From: an uncultured Sandaracinus sp.
GTDB taxonomy: Bacteria > Myxococcota_A > Polyangia > Polyangiales > Houyiibacteriaceae
Direction of reading: 5' to 3'
DNA: 64,000 bases
NCBI GenBank assembly: GCA_964462035.1
Contig: CAYXAP010000021.1
Span: 42,688-106,687 of the forward strand
The notes beneath the pieces were generated by a model. That model did not search any database, was not told the DNA's origin, and was given only the letters and a program-made list of their open reading frames with translations. Made by a program: the position numbers and the translations under genes. Numbering within the stretch: position 1 is the first letter of the stretch; each line of letters opens with the position of its first letter. Shown here piece after piece: positions 52,288-61,294 of the stretch.

Positions 52288-53588
52288 CGACCCGTCGACA
52301 GTTCCTTCGAGCCGCGGGCGGTGCGGCGCTCGCGCTGCCCTTCCTCCCTTCGCTGGCCCGCGCGGCCGACACCCCCTCGCTGCTGATCTACTACCTGCCG
52401 AACGGGCGTCGCCGGGAGTGGTGGGTGCCGACCGTTTCGGGCAGCGGCCTGTCATTCCCGGCACCGGCCGCGGCGCTGCAGCCTTTCGCCCACCGAGCGC
52501 TCTCGCTGGTCGACTTGAACAACACCGCTGCCGTGGCGAGCCCCGGAGCGGCGCACGCGATGGGTACCGGGACCATCCTCACCGGCAAGTCCATCCCCGC
52601 GGTGGGCGGTGGCCAGGTCCACAACGACATCTCCGTCGACCAGCTCATCGCGCGTGAGGTGGACTTCGGCACGCGCTTCGCGTCGCTCCAATGGAGCGCG
52701 GGCGAGCCCGGTGTGTGCGACGTGGGCGGCTCGGCATGTGCCTACACCCAGAGCATCTCTTGGAGCGGGCCGCGCCAGCCCTTGCTGCCGACCATCGATC
52801 CGCACACGGCGTTCGCCCGGCTCTTCGGCGACGGCGCGGTCGACGGGCGAACGGGCCGCGCCGCAGAGATCCGGCGAGACTCCGTCGGCTCGGTGCTCGA
52901 CGCGCTCCGCTCCGACGCCGTGCGCTTCGCGAGCTCGCTCTCGGCCGAAGACCGCGAGACCTTCCAGCAGTACGAGGATTCGCTCCGCGAGCTCGAGGCC
53001 GGCCTGGCGCCGCCCGCGACCAGCTGCGGTAGCGGGTCGGTCCTGCCTCCGTCGCAGAGCTACCCGGACCGGGTCGTCGCCTTCCACGAGCTCATCCGTT
53101 TGGCGCTCCAATGCGGTCAGAGCCGAGTGATCACCTTCATGATCGAGTTCGGTCTCAGCCTCCGCTCCCATGGCTTCCTGAGCGCGCCCGGTGGCCACCA
53201 CGTGCTCTCCCACGACCTGAGCCCGTCGGGGCTCGACCGCCTGCAGCGCGTCGAGAGCTGGCACGCCACCATGGTCGCCGACCTCCTCGGCCGGCTCGAC
53301 GCCACCCCTTCAGGCGGCGGCGGCTCACTGCTCGACGACACGCTCGTGCTGGTCCTCCCCAGCATGGGCGACGGGTACAACCACGACCATCAGCGGGTCT
53401 GCCCGCTCATGTTCGGCGCTCAGCGCTTCGTCGGGACGACCGGTCGAAGAATCGAGGCCGGAGGCACCCCACTGTCGAACCTGCACGTCACCCTGATGAG
53501 CCTCTTCGGCGTCGGTGGCAGCTTCGGCGCCTCGGGCGCCGTCTTCGGAGACGACGGCGACCGCGTTCTCAGCGGTGTGCTCGCCTAG
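52284..53588 (+). CDS. DUF1552 (HXXSHH) family Tat-exported protein
   Basis: TRRQFLR Tat motif, ALPFLPS, ISVDQLIA, SISW, HHVLSH; overlaps DUF1592 gene. Confidence 0.9.
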   Translation: MTTRRQFLRAAGGAALALPFLPSLARAADTPSLLIYYLPNGRRREWWVPTVSGSGLSFPAPAAALQPFAHRALSLVDLNNTAAVASPGAAHAMGTGTILTGKSIPAVGGGQVHNDISVDQLIAREVDFGTRFASLQWSAGEPGVCDVGGSACAYTQSISWSGPRQPLLPTIDPHTAFARLFGDGAVDGRTGRAAEIRRDSVGSVLDALRSDAVRFASSLSAEDRETFQQYEDSLRELEAGLAPPATSCGSGSVLPPSQSYPDRVVAFHELIRLALQCGQSRVITFMIEFGLSLRSHGFLSAPGGHHVLSHDLSPSGLDRLQRVESWHATMVADLLGRLDATPSGGGGSLLDDTLVLVLPSMGDGYNHDHQRVCPLMFGAQRFVGTTGRRIEAGGTPLSNLHVTLMSLFGVGGSFGASGAVFGDDGDRVLSGVLA

Positions 53589-53589
53589 C

Positions 53590-53955
53590 TCAGTCGACCC
53601 AGGCTTCGGTGTCGAGCCAGTCGAGGAGCTTCTGCTCGGTGACCGTGATCGTGTCGGCGATCGCGATGCTCTCGAGCACGTAGCGGATGAGCTCGCGTGC
53701 ACCGGTGCGGTCGACCATGGCCGCCTTGCGCCGAATGGCGTCGTCGTCCGCGAGCTCCTGAGCCGACCGCGAGATGATGCTCCAGAGCGTCTCTCGGTCG
53801 CCGACTTCGGCAGCCACGGCGTCCATGTGCTCCTCTTCCTCTTCCGAGAAAGAGCCGTCCAAACGGATGAGGACTCGGATGAGTCCGCCGAGGGCGAGCG
53901 CCTCGTCGTCGTCCAGATCCTTCAGCTTCAGCCCGTCTTCGCGATAGGTGGTCAC
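53590..53955 (-). CDS. TerB-like small helical protein
   Basis: LIRLDGSFSEEE and IAIADTITVTEQ duplicated (A/L)D(G)-type motifs; GTG 53955 with TAGCGT 7 nt upstream. Confidence 0.65.
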   Translation of the reverse strand: MTTYREDGLKLKDLDDDEALALGGLIRVLIRLDGSFSEEEEEHMDAVAAEVGDRETLWSIISRSAQELADDDAIRRKAAMVDRTGARELIRYVLESIAIADTITVTEQKLLDWLDTEAWVD

Positions 53956-54021
53956 GAGCCGAACGCTACCACGGCGTGACCCGGTCCGGATCCGCTCTTG
54001 GCGCCCGGCGCTCATCACCGT

Positions 54022-54150
54022 GGGAGCGATGGGAAGCGAGCGAAAGCAGCCACCCGCGGGAGCGATGCGAAGCGAGCAGCCACCGCCGGAGCGACGCGAC
54101 CCACAGCCCGCATCCCCGAAGCGATGCGAAGCGAGCGGGCCACCGCCCCC
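54022..54150. repeat. Degenerate ~30-bp direct repeats (G(G/A)AGCGATGCGAAGCGAGC..GCCACC)
   Basis: Three to four imperfect copies seen directly. Confidence 0.55.
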
Positions 54151-54469
54151 CAGGCGCGGAGCGCCGAGCAACGCGAGGCAGCTCCCCGCCAACGACGGCA
54201 CCCAGCGATCGAGCAAGGCCGGCCTGGCAAGGGGCCCCGCCCGCTGAGCGCAACGCACCGAGCAGAGCGAGGCGCACGCGCGACCACCCGGCGACCGAGG
54301 CGGCGCAGCCGCCGAGCGAGCCGAACGGGCTCAGAGCGTGAGTGCCGGCCGCGCAGCGGCTGGCACGAGCGCGAGCCCACCCGGGCGACGCGGAGGGACG
54401 CGAAGCGTTCCTTCAAGTCGCCTCAGCCCAGCCCCCAGCGCTGCCGTGGCCAGCTGCACTGCCTGAACA

Positions 54470-54625
54470 GGCCTGGGTGGGGGACACGCCGCCCAGGTGC
54501 GTCCGTCTCGCCGGAGGCGTTGGCGCAGCCAACGCCGAGGCGACCGACGGAAGCGCAGGCCGGGACGCCGTCAGGCGGACCCGGCCGGAGCGGCAAACCT
54601 GGGCGGCGTGTCCCCCACCCAGGCC
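54470..54625. mobile_element. 156-bp MITE/REP-like element with perfect 29-bp terminal inverted repeats
   Basis: GGCCTGGGTGGGGGACACGCCGCCCAGGT at 54470-98 and exact reverse complement at 54597-625; internal hairpins; no target-site duplication evident. Confidence 0.55.
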
Positions 54626-54739
54626 GTGGACGCCCAAAGACCGTGGAAGCCCGGAGACCGTGGAAGCCCGGAGACCGTGGACACCCGGAGACCGTGGCCG
54701 CCCGGAGACCGTGGCCGCCCGGAGACCGTGGCCGCCCGG
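54621..54739. repeat. 17-bp tandem repeat x7 (AGACCGTGGnnnCCCGG)
   Basis: Six near-perfect copies 54638-54739 plus one degenerate copy, no spacers. Confidence 0.9.
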
Positions 54740-54758
54740 AAGCGCGAAGCCCGAAGGC

Positions 54759-57700
54759 CTAACGCCGCCGCCGCCGAAGCAACAGCCCGACCGCCACCAA
54801 CCAGAACAGCCCGGCGCCCACGTCCCGCGGCCGCGCCACCCGGCAGCCGCAGCCACCGTCGCCACCGTCGTCGGTGTCGACGCCGAGGTCCGGCTCCTCG
54901 ACCACTCCGAGGTCACCCGCGCAGGCCTCCGCACCGCAGGCGCCGTCCGGCAGCGCCTCTCCGGTGCCCTCGTCGCAGCTCTCGCCGCTATCCACGACTC
55001 CGTCGCCGCAGAACGCGGGCTCGCAGCTCGTCCGGCAGGCGTCTGCCGACTCGTCGCTGTTGTCGTCGCCGTCGTCACAGGTCTCGCCAGTGTCGATCAC
55101 TCCGTCGCCGCAGAAGGGCAGCACGCAGTTCGTTCGGCAGGTGTCGGGTTCGGTGTCCGAGTTCCCGTCGGGGCCGAGGTCGCACTCCTCGTTCAGCTGG
55201 ACCAAGTCGTCCGGGCAGGTGTCGTCGCACTCCGAGAGGCGGCCGTCGGGCTCGTAGCAGGCCCAGCCAGGTTCGACGTCACAGGTCGCGCTGCAGCCGT
55301 CGCCTTCGTCGGTGTTGCCGTCGTCACACTCTTCGCCCTCGACGCGCACTCCGTTGCCGCAGCCCGAGACGCACACGCCGGTCTCCTCGTCGCGGGTGAA
55401 GCCGCGCTCGCAGACACACTCGGGCTCGGTCATCCCGATGAGGTTCACGCAGCGCTCGCCCTCGTCACACGGGTCGGCGACCGCGCACTCGTCGATGTCG
55501 AAGCAGTCGACGCCGGAGCCCTCATAGCCCTCACGACACGTACAGACGTAGCTCCCGTCGTTGTCGGTGCACAGCGCGTTCGGGCTGCACTCGTTGAGCG
55601 TCGGGTCGGCGCACTCGTCGACGTTGGCGCAGGTCATGCCGTCGCCGGCCCAACCCTCGTCGCAGGTGCAGGTCCAGGAGCCTACCGAGTTGGCACAGCT
55701 GGCGTTCGCGTCGCACATGCTCAGCGCCGGGTCGGCACACTCGTCGACGTCGACGCAGGTCCCGTCGATCGCCGCCGTGTTCTCGTAGCCCTCGTTGCAG
55801 TCGCAGAGGTAGGTGCCGGGATCACCCTCCGAGCACGCCCCCTGACCGCAGGGCATCGGCTCGCACTCGTCGATGTCGACGCAGCCGCCGTCTTCGGCGA
55901 GGTAGCCGGTCGGGCAGGTGCAGGTGTAGGAGCCGGTCGAGTTGGTGCAGGAGCCGGGGTCACACGGAGACTCGAGCGCACACTCGTCGATGTCCGTGCA
56001 GCTGCCACCGGTCGCGGGGGCTTCGTAGCCGTCCATGCAGACGCACTCGTAGGTGCCATCGACGTTGTTGCAGCCGCTGCCGCCAGAGCCGCAGAGGCCG
56101 GCGTCCGCGGCGCACTCGTCGACGTCCGTGCAGGTGCCACCCATCGCCGGCGCCTCGTAGCCGGCGTCGCAGGTGCAGACGTAGGACCCGTCGTTGTCGG
56201 CGCAGGTGCCGTTGCCGCAGAGACCCGGGGTCTCGGCGCATTCGTCGACGTTCTCGCAAGTGCCGCCGTTGGCCGGCGCGCGGTACCCACCGTTGCAGGT
56301 GCAGACGTACGAACCGTCGGTGTCGGTGCAGCCGGCGCGCTCGGCCCCGCAGGTGGCGGGGTTCGCGCACTCGTCGATGTCCGTGCAGGTGCCGCCGTTC
56401 GCCGGAGCCTCGTAGCCGGCGGCGCAGGTGCATTGATAGCTGCCGGCCGTGTTGTTACAGGCCGTGCCGTTCGGACCGCAGGGCGAGCCGTCGCACTCGT
56501 CGATGTCCACGCAGGTACCGCCGAGCTCCTCGTAGCCGGAGGGGCAGGTGCAAGAGTAGGTGCCGACCTCGTTCATGCAGGTGCCCACCCCGCAGATGCC
56601 CGGGGTGTCGGTGCACTCGTTGGTGTCGACGCAGCTCTCCGAGAGCGTGCCGCCGTTCACCTCGTCGAAGCCGTCGGCGCAGGTGCAGTCGTAGGAGCCG
56701 GCCGAGTCGACGCAGAGGTTGCTGACGCTGAGGTTCCGGCCGCAACGGCTCGGGGTCGCGCACTCGTTGATGTTCACGCAGCTGGTGCCGTTGAACGTGT
56801 AGCCAGCGTTGCAGGTGCAGCTGTAGTCCCCGTTGCCGTTGGCGCAGGTGCCGGGTCCGCAGATGCCGGGTGTCTCGACGCACTCGTTCACGTCGACGCA
56901 CGTCGCGGTCAGGCCGCTGCCCTGGATCTGGTACCCGTCGGCGCACATGCAGAGGTAGCCACCCGGGTTGTTGGTGCAGGTGTTCATCGCGCTGAGGTTC
57001 CGGCCGCAACGGCTCGGGGTCGCGCACTCGTCGACGTCCGTGCAGCCGGTGCCAGTCGTGAAGCCGTCGCCGACGTAGCCAGGCTCGCACTCGCAGTCGT
57101 AGGCCATCGCCGTGTCGGTGCAGATGGCGTCCGCGTGGCACTCGTTCATGCCGGTGGTGCACTCGTTTTCGACGACACAGGTCGTGCCGTCGAAGCCATA
57201 GCCCGGGTCGCAGTTGCAGGTGTAGCCGCCGGTCTGTTCGACACAGGTGCCATAGCCGAGGTTCTCGTTGCAGGTCGACGGGTCGTCACACTCCGGAACG
57301 TCGGTGCAGGAGCCGGTGCCAGTCCCGGCGAAGCCATCGCCGCAGGTACAGCTGTAGCTACCCGTGCTGTTGGAGCACGAGTTGATGCCCATGAACGTGT
57401 CTTCGAGGCAGGGGTTGCCGTCGGCGCACTCGTTCTCGTCGGTGCAGGAGCCGGTGCCCGTGCCGCTGAAGCCCGCGCCACAGCTGCAGGTGTAGCCGCC
57501 GCCCGTGTTGTTGCAGCCGTTGACCCCGTAGGTGTCCTCGAGGCAGGGGTTGCCGTCACACTCGTTGTCATCGGTGCAGGAGCCGGTGCCGGTGCCGCTG
57601 AAGCCGGCACCGCAGGTGCAGGAGTAGCCGCCGGTGGTGTTGTTGCAGCTGTTGACCCCGTAGGTGTCCTCGAGGCACGGGTTGCCGGAGCACTCGTTGA

Positions 57701-58886
57701 TGTCCGTGCAGCTCTCGCTCAGGGTGCCGTTGTTGATGAGCGTGAAGCCGGTGCCGCAGCTGCAGTCGTAGGCGCCGTTGGTGTCCGTGCAGCCGTTGAC
57801 CCCATAGGTGTCCTCGAGGCAGGGATTGCCGCCCGCGCACTCGTCGATGTCCGCGCAGGTCTCGGAGAGGGTGCCGTTGTTCTGAAGGGTCCAGCCGGCT
57901 CCGCAGAAGCAGTTGTAGCCGCCGTTGAAGTCCGAGCAGGAGTTGGCGGCGTACTGCTCGTTGCAGGGGTTGCCGCTGGCACACTCGTCGATGTCCGCGC
58001 AGGTCTCGGAGAGGGTGCCGTTGTTCTGGAGGGTCCAGCCGGCCCCGCAGAAGCAGTTGTACCCACCCGTGTAGTCGGAGCAGGAGTTGGCGGCGTACTG
58101 CTCGTTGCAGGGGTTGCCGCCCGCACACTCGTCGATGTCGTAGCAGCGCTCGCTGAGCCCACTACCGCTCTCGTAGAACCCCGCCCCACAGACGCAGTTG
58201 AAGCCGCCCCCATAGTTGAAGCAGCTGTTGGCCGGATAGTTCTCGTAGCAATAGTTGTAGCTGGTGCACTCGTTGATGTCGGTGCACCCACTCGCGCCGG
58301 AGTCGTAGTAGCCGTCGCCGCTCACCTCGCGGCGACCGTTGCCCGAGTACCCTGCGTCGCAGGAGCAGCTGAACCCGAAGTAGCGGGGAATCTGAGAGGG
58401 GACGGCACCCGAGGTGTTGTTGGAGCAGTTCGTGGCGCCGTTGGTCGAGCAGTTGGTGTAGTTGTGCGGGCTGCCGGAGAACCCCCAGGCGGAGCCCTGC
58501 AGGTAGCACTCGTTGGTGTGGCGTGAGCTCGCGTAGCCCGGTCGCGTGGAGTAGGTGTTCGCGCCGACGTTCGAGTTGTCGGGAGCGGTGTAGCTGCTCC
58601 CGAAATAGACCAGCTCTTGGCCGTTCGTCCGCCCGTCGCCGTCCGAGTCCTGGTCGCGGAGCCACGATGTCCAAACGCGACCAGCGCTCACGAAGTCGGG
58701 CGCGAAGGAGTTCCAGCAGGGTGGGGTGCCACAACCGGCGCCACCGGAGCTGTTGTTGTGGCAGGTGTAGCACCCGTGGGCGTCGGAGTTCGGGATCCGA
58801 TCGAGGTAGGTCGAGTAGGCCTGCGCCACCGACGCGGACGCCACCCACAGGACCACCACGGACAGCAAGCTACGAATCACGACCAC
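54759..58886 (-). CDS. MYXO-CTERM surface protein: temptin-like CxxCH domain + ~23 Ca-binding EGF repeats + myxobacterial Cys-rich repeats
   Basis: Signal peptide, CYTCH, DSDGDGRTNGQEL, D(I/V)(D/N)EC repeats, CGNG..EECDDGN, GGCGC-TM-RRRRR. Confidence 0.9.
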   Translation of the reverse strand: MVVIRSLLSVVVLWVASASVAQAYSTYLDRIPNSDAHGCYTCHNNSSGGAGCGTPPCWNSFAPDFVSAGRVWTSWLRDQDSDGDGRTNGQELVYFGSSYTAPDNSNVGANTYSTRPGYASSRHTNECYLQGSAWGFSGSPHNYTNCSTNGATNCSNNTSGAVPSQIPRYFGFSCSCDAGYSGNGRREVSGDGYYDSGASGCTDINECTSYNYCYENYPANSCFNYGGGFNCVCGAGFYESGSGLSERCYDIDECAGGNPCNEQYAANSCSDYTGGYNCFCGAGWTLQNNGTLSETCADIDECASGNPCNEQYAANSCSDFNGGYNCFCGAGWTLQNNGTLSETCADIDECAGGNPCLEDTYGVNGCTDTNGAYDCSCGTGFTLINNGTLSESCTDINECSGNPCLEDTYGVNSCNNTTGGYSCTCGAGFSGTGTGSCTDDNECDGNPCLEDTYGVNGCNNTGGGYTCSCGAGFSGTGTGSCTDENECADGNPCLEDTFMGINSCSNSTGSYSCTCGDGFAGTGTGSCTDVPECDDPSTCNENLGYGTCVEQTGGYTCNCDPGYGFDGTTCVVENECTTGMNECHADAICTDTAMAYDCECEPGYVGDGFTTGTGCTDVDECATPSRCGRNLSAMNTCTNNPGGYLCMCADGYQIQGSGLTATCVDVNECVETPGICGPGTCANGNGDYSCTCNAGYTFNGTSCVNINECATPSRCGRNLSVSNLCVDSAGSYDCTCADGFDEVNGGTLSESCVDTNECTDTPGICGVGTCMNEVGTYSCTCPSGYEELGGTCVDIDECDGSPCGPNGTACNNTAGSYQCTCAAGYEAPANGGTCTDIDECANPATCGAERAGCTDTDGSYVCTCNGGYRAPANGGTCENVDECAETPGLCGNGTCADNDGSYVCTCDAGYEAPAMGGTCTDVDECAADAGLCGSGGSGCNNVDGTYECVCMDGYEAPATGGSCTDIDECALESPCDPGSCTNSTGSYTCTCPTGYLAEDGGCVDIDECEPMPCGQGACSEGDPGTYLCDCNEGYENTAAIDGTCVDVDECADPALSMCDANASCANSVGSWTCTCDEGWAGDGMTCANVDECADPTLNECSPNALCTDNDGSYVCTCREGYEGSGVDCFDIDECAVADPCDEGERCVNLIGMTEPECVCERGFTRDEETGVCVSGCGNGVRVEGEECDDGNTDEGDGCSATCDVEPGWACYEPDGRLSECDDTCPDDLVQLNEECDLGPDGNSDTEPDTCRTNCVLPFCGDGVIDTGETCDDGDDNSDESADACRTSCEPAFCGDGVVDSGESCDEGTGEALPDGACGAEACAGDLGVVEEPDLGVDTDDGGDGGCGCRVARPRDVGAGLFWLVAVGLLLRRRRR

Positions 58887-58901
58887 AACCCTCCCGAAGG
58901 A

Positions 58902-61274
58902 CTAACGGCGACGCCGTCGGACGATCCAGCCTACCAGACCGAGCACAAAAATCCCGTGCCACGGTGACCGTCCCGAGCCGGGGACGTGGCAGCTACAGCC
59001 CCCGCCGCCCCCGTCACCATCCATTCCGCCGTCACCAGCCATCCCACCATCGGGACCCGCCGTACACATGGGGATCGCGACGTTCTCGCAGCCCGTGCGC
59101 TCCTCGTTGCACCGATCCTCGGTGCAGGGGTCGCCGTCGTTGCAGCTCGCGTCGCTGGCGCAGCCGCCGCAGAGCGGGTCGACCGCGTCGATCCGGTCGT
59201 CGCAGTCGTTGTCGATGCCGTCGTCGCAGATCTCTTCGGCACCGGGGAAGGCCGTGCGCTCGGTGTCGTCGCAGTCGCCGACCATGCCGCCGCGCTCCTC
59301 GTCGACATCGAGGCAGTCGCCGTCGCCGTTGTCGTCCACGCCGACGCCGCAGTAGCCGTCGCCGTCGCGATCGAGCACGAAGAAGCACTCCGAATCGAAG
59401 AGGTCGACGTCGCCGTCGCAGTCGTCGTCGATGCGGTTGAAACAGCCACGCATGTCCTCGCCGGCGGTCGCCTCCATCACGCCCGGGTTCCGGTTCGGAT
59501 CGGACTCGTCGCAGTCGGAGGCGCCGATGTTCTCGCCCTCGTCCATGCAGTCGCCGTCGCCGTTGATGTCCTGGCCGATGGGACACCAGCCGTCGGAGTC
59601 CGCGTCCACGTCGTTCGTGCAGTACGGGTCGTCGGCGTCGACGAGCCCGTTCTGGTCGTTGTCCTTGCGGTCGAAGCAGTTCTCCGGCGCGCCGGGGAAG
59701 ATGGTCGAGTCGTTGGGCGCGGCGTCCGCCGGCCCGGCCTGCTCGCCTTCGTCGGAGCAGTCCCCGTCCATGTTCAGGTCGCTGCCGACCCCACACCAGT
59801 GGTCCCCGTCGAAGTCGAGGTAGTCCGGCGAGCAGAGCGGGTCGTAGGCGTCGAAGCTGCCGTCGCAGTCGTTGTCGAGACCGTCGATGCAGTCCTCGGT
59901 CGCCGTCGGGTTCACCTCCGGCAGGTCGTCACGGCAGTCCTCGCCGCCACCGAGCTCGCCCGGGTCGGCGCAGTCCCCGTCCTCGTTCATGTCGAAGCCG
60001 GCCGCGCAGTAGCGGTCGCCATCCATGTCGAGGAAGCCGACGCAGTCCTCGTCGCCGAGGCCTCCGACCCCATCGCAGTCCTGGTCCTCGCCGTTGGTGC
60101 AGACCTCCGGCGCGCCCGGGTTGGTGAGCGGGTCCGAGTCGTCGCAGTCGACGATGGGACCTTCCTCGCCCTCGCCGGTGCAGTTGCCGTCACCGTCGAT
60201 GTCCTGTCCCGCCGGGCACCAGCCGTCTTCGTCCTCGTCGAAGAAGCCCTCGCACTCCTCGTCCTCGAAGTTCGGGCGTCCATCGCAGTCGTTGTCGATG
60301 GTGTCGGTGCAGATTTCGGGTTGGTTCGGGTTCTGGTCGGGGTTGGTGTCGTCGCAGTCGAAGCCGGAGTCGAGCTCCATGGGGTCGAGGCAGTCGCCGT
60401 CGCCGTTCAGGTCGGTGCCGATCGGGCAGAAGCCATCCATGTCGTTGTCGACGTCGTTGCGGCACATGTCGTCGTCCATGTCGATCGCGCCGTTGCAGTC
60501 GTTGTCGAGCGTGTCGGTGCAGTTCTCGCGTGCGCCGGGGAAGACGGTGATGCGGGTGTCGTCGCAGTCGACGTCGGCCGTCATCTCGGACATGTTCGTC
60601 ACGCAGTTGCCGTCGCCGTTCAGGTCGCGGCCGGTGGGGCAGTAGCTGTCACCGTCGCGGTCGACCACGCTCATGCACGTCGGATCATCGAGGGTGTCGA
60701 GGCCGTCGCAGTTGTCGTCCTCGAGGTTCGTGCAGAGCTCGGGCGCGGCAGAGTTGATCGCCACGTCCATGTCGTCGCAGTCGAGCTGACCGTTGTTCTC
60801 GCCCGTGCCGGTGCAGCTGCCGTTCATGTCGAGGTCTTCGCCGAACCAGCAGTAGCCGTCGCCGTCGTCGTCGTGCATGCCCGGGCTGTCCGTCGGGAAG
60901 CCCGGGCGGGTCACGTAGTCCTCGTTGCCGGGGATCGGCGCGCCGAAGACCCAGGTGCCCGTGGGGTCCTGCAGCTCCTGGCCGTTGGTGAACCCGTCGC
61001 CGTCGGCGTCCATGGCGGCCAACGCGGCCGACCACATGAAGCCATTGGCGCGGAACTGGACGCCGAAGGGGTTCAGGCAGGGGCGCATCCCGCCGCCGGT
61101 CTCACACCCCGCGCCACCGTCGGGGTTGTTGTGGCAGGTGATGCAGGGCTTGGTCTCGCCCAGGCTGGTGGTCGCCGTCGCTCGGTTCGGCAGGTTCGCC
61201 GCGAACGATTCGAGCGCCAATGCCGCGGGCGCGTGCATCAGCACGAGCCCGAGTGCGAGCAGGAGAGAGCGCAT
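58902..61274 (-). CDS. MYXO-CTERM surface protein: temptin-like CxxCH domain + MopE-like metal-binding repeats
   Basis: Signal peptide, CITCH, NPFG..DADGDGFTNGQELQDP, DCDD..PGA.E.C..DNDCDG repeats, GGCSC-TM-RRRRR. Confidence 0.9.
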   Translation of the reverse strand: MRSLLLALGLVLMHAPAALALESFAANLPNRATATTSLGETKPCITCHNNPDGGAGCETGGGMRPCLNPFGVQFRANGFMWSAALAAMDADGDGFTNGQELQDPTGTWVFGAPIPGNEDYVTRPGFPTDSPGMHDDDGDGYCWFGEDLDMNGSCTGTGENNGQLDCDDMDVAINSAAPELCTNLEDDNCDGLDTLDDPTCMSVVDRDGDSYCPTGRDLNGDGNCVTNMSEMTADVDCDDTRITVFPGARENCTDTLDNDCNGAIDMDDDMCRNDVDNDMDGFCPIGTDLNGDGDCLDPMELDSGFDCDDTNPDQNPNQPEICTDTIDNDCDGRPNFEDEECEGFFDEDEDGWCPAGQDIDGDGNCTGEGEEGPIVDCDDSDPLTNPGAPEVCTNGEDQDCDGVGGLGDEDCVGFLDMDGDRYCAAGFDMNEDGDCADPGELGGGEDCRDDLPEVNPTATEDCIDGLDNDCDGSFDAYDPLCSPDYLDFDGDHWCGVGSDLNMDGDCSDEGEQAGPADAAPNDSTIFPGAPENCFDRKDNDQNGLVDADDPYCTNDVDADSDGWCPIGQDINGDGDCMDEGENIGASDCDESDPNRNPGVMEATAGEDMRGCFNRIDDDCDGDVDLFDSECFFVLDRDGDGYCGVGVDDNGDGDCLDVDEERGGMVGDCDDTERTAFPGAEEICDDGIDNDCDDRIDAVDPLCGGCASDASCNDGDPCTEDRCNEERTGCENVAIPMCTAGPDGGMAGDGGMDGDGGGGGCSCHVPGSGRSPWHGIFVLGLVGWIVRRRRR

Positions 61275-61294
61275 GGTCGACCCCCCCGAGCGGC

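Noticed and set aside
54621-54739. Tandem repeats as a CRISPR array
   Set aside because: 17-bp units are contiguous with no unique spacers, and no cas genes are present
53590-55399. Several 100-300 aa ORFs across the repeat region
   Set aside because: Arg/Pro-rich translations of repeats with no protein-like signal; only the TerB-like part is credible
54342-58526. 1394-aa plus-strand ORF
   Set aside because: Antisense shadow of the EGF-repeat gene
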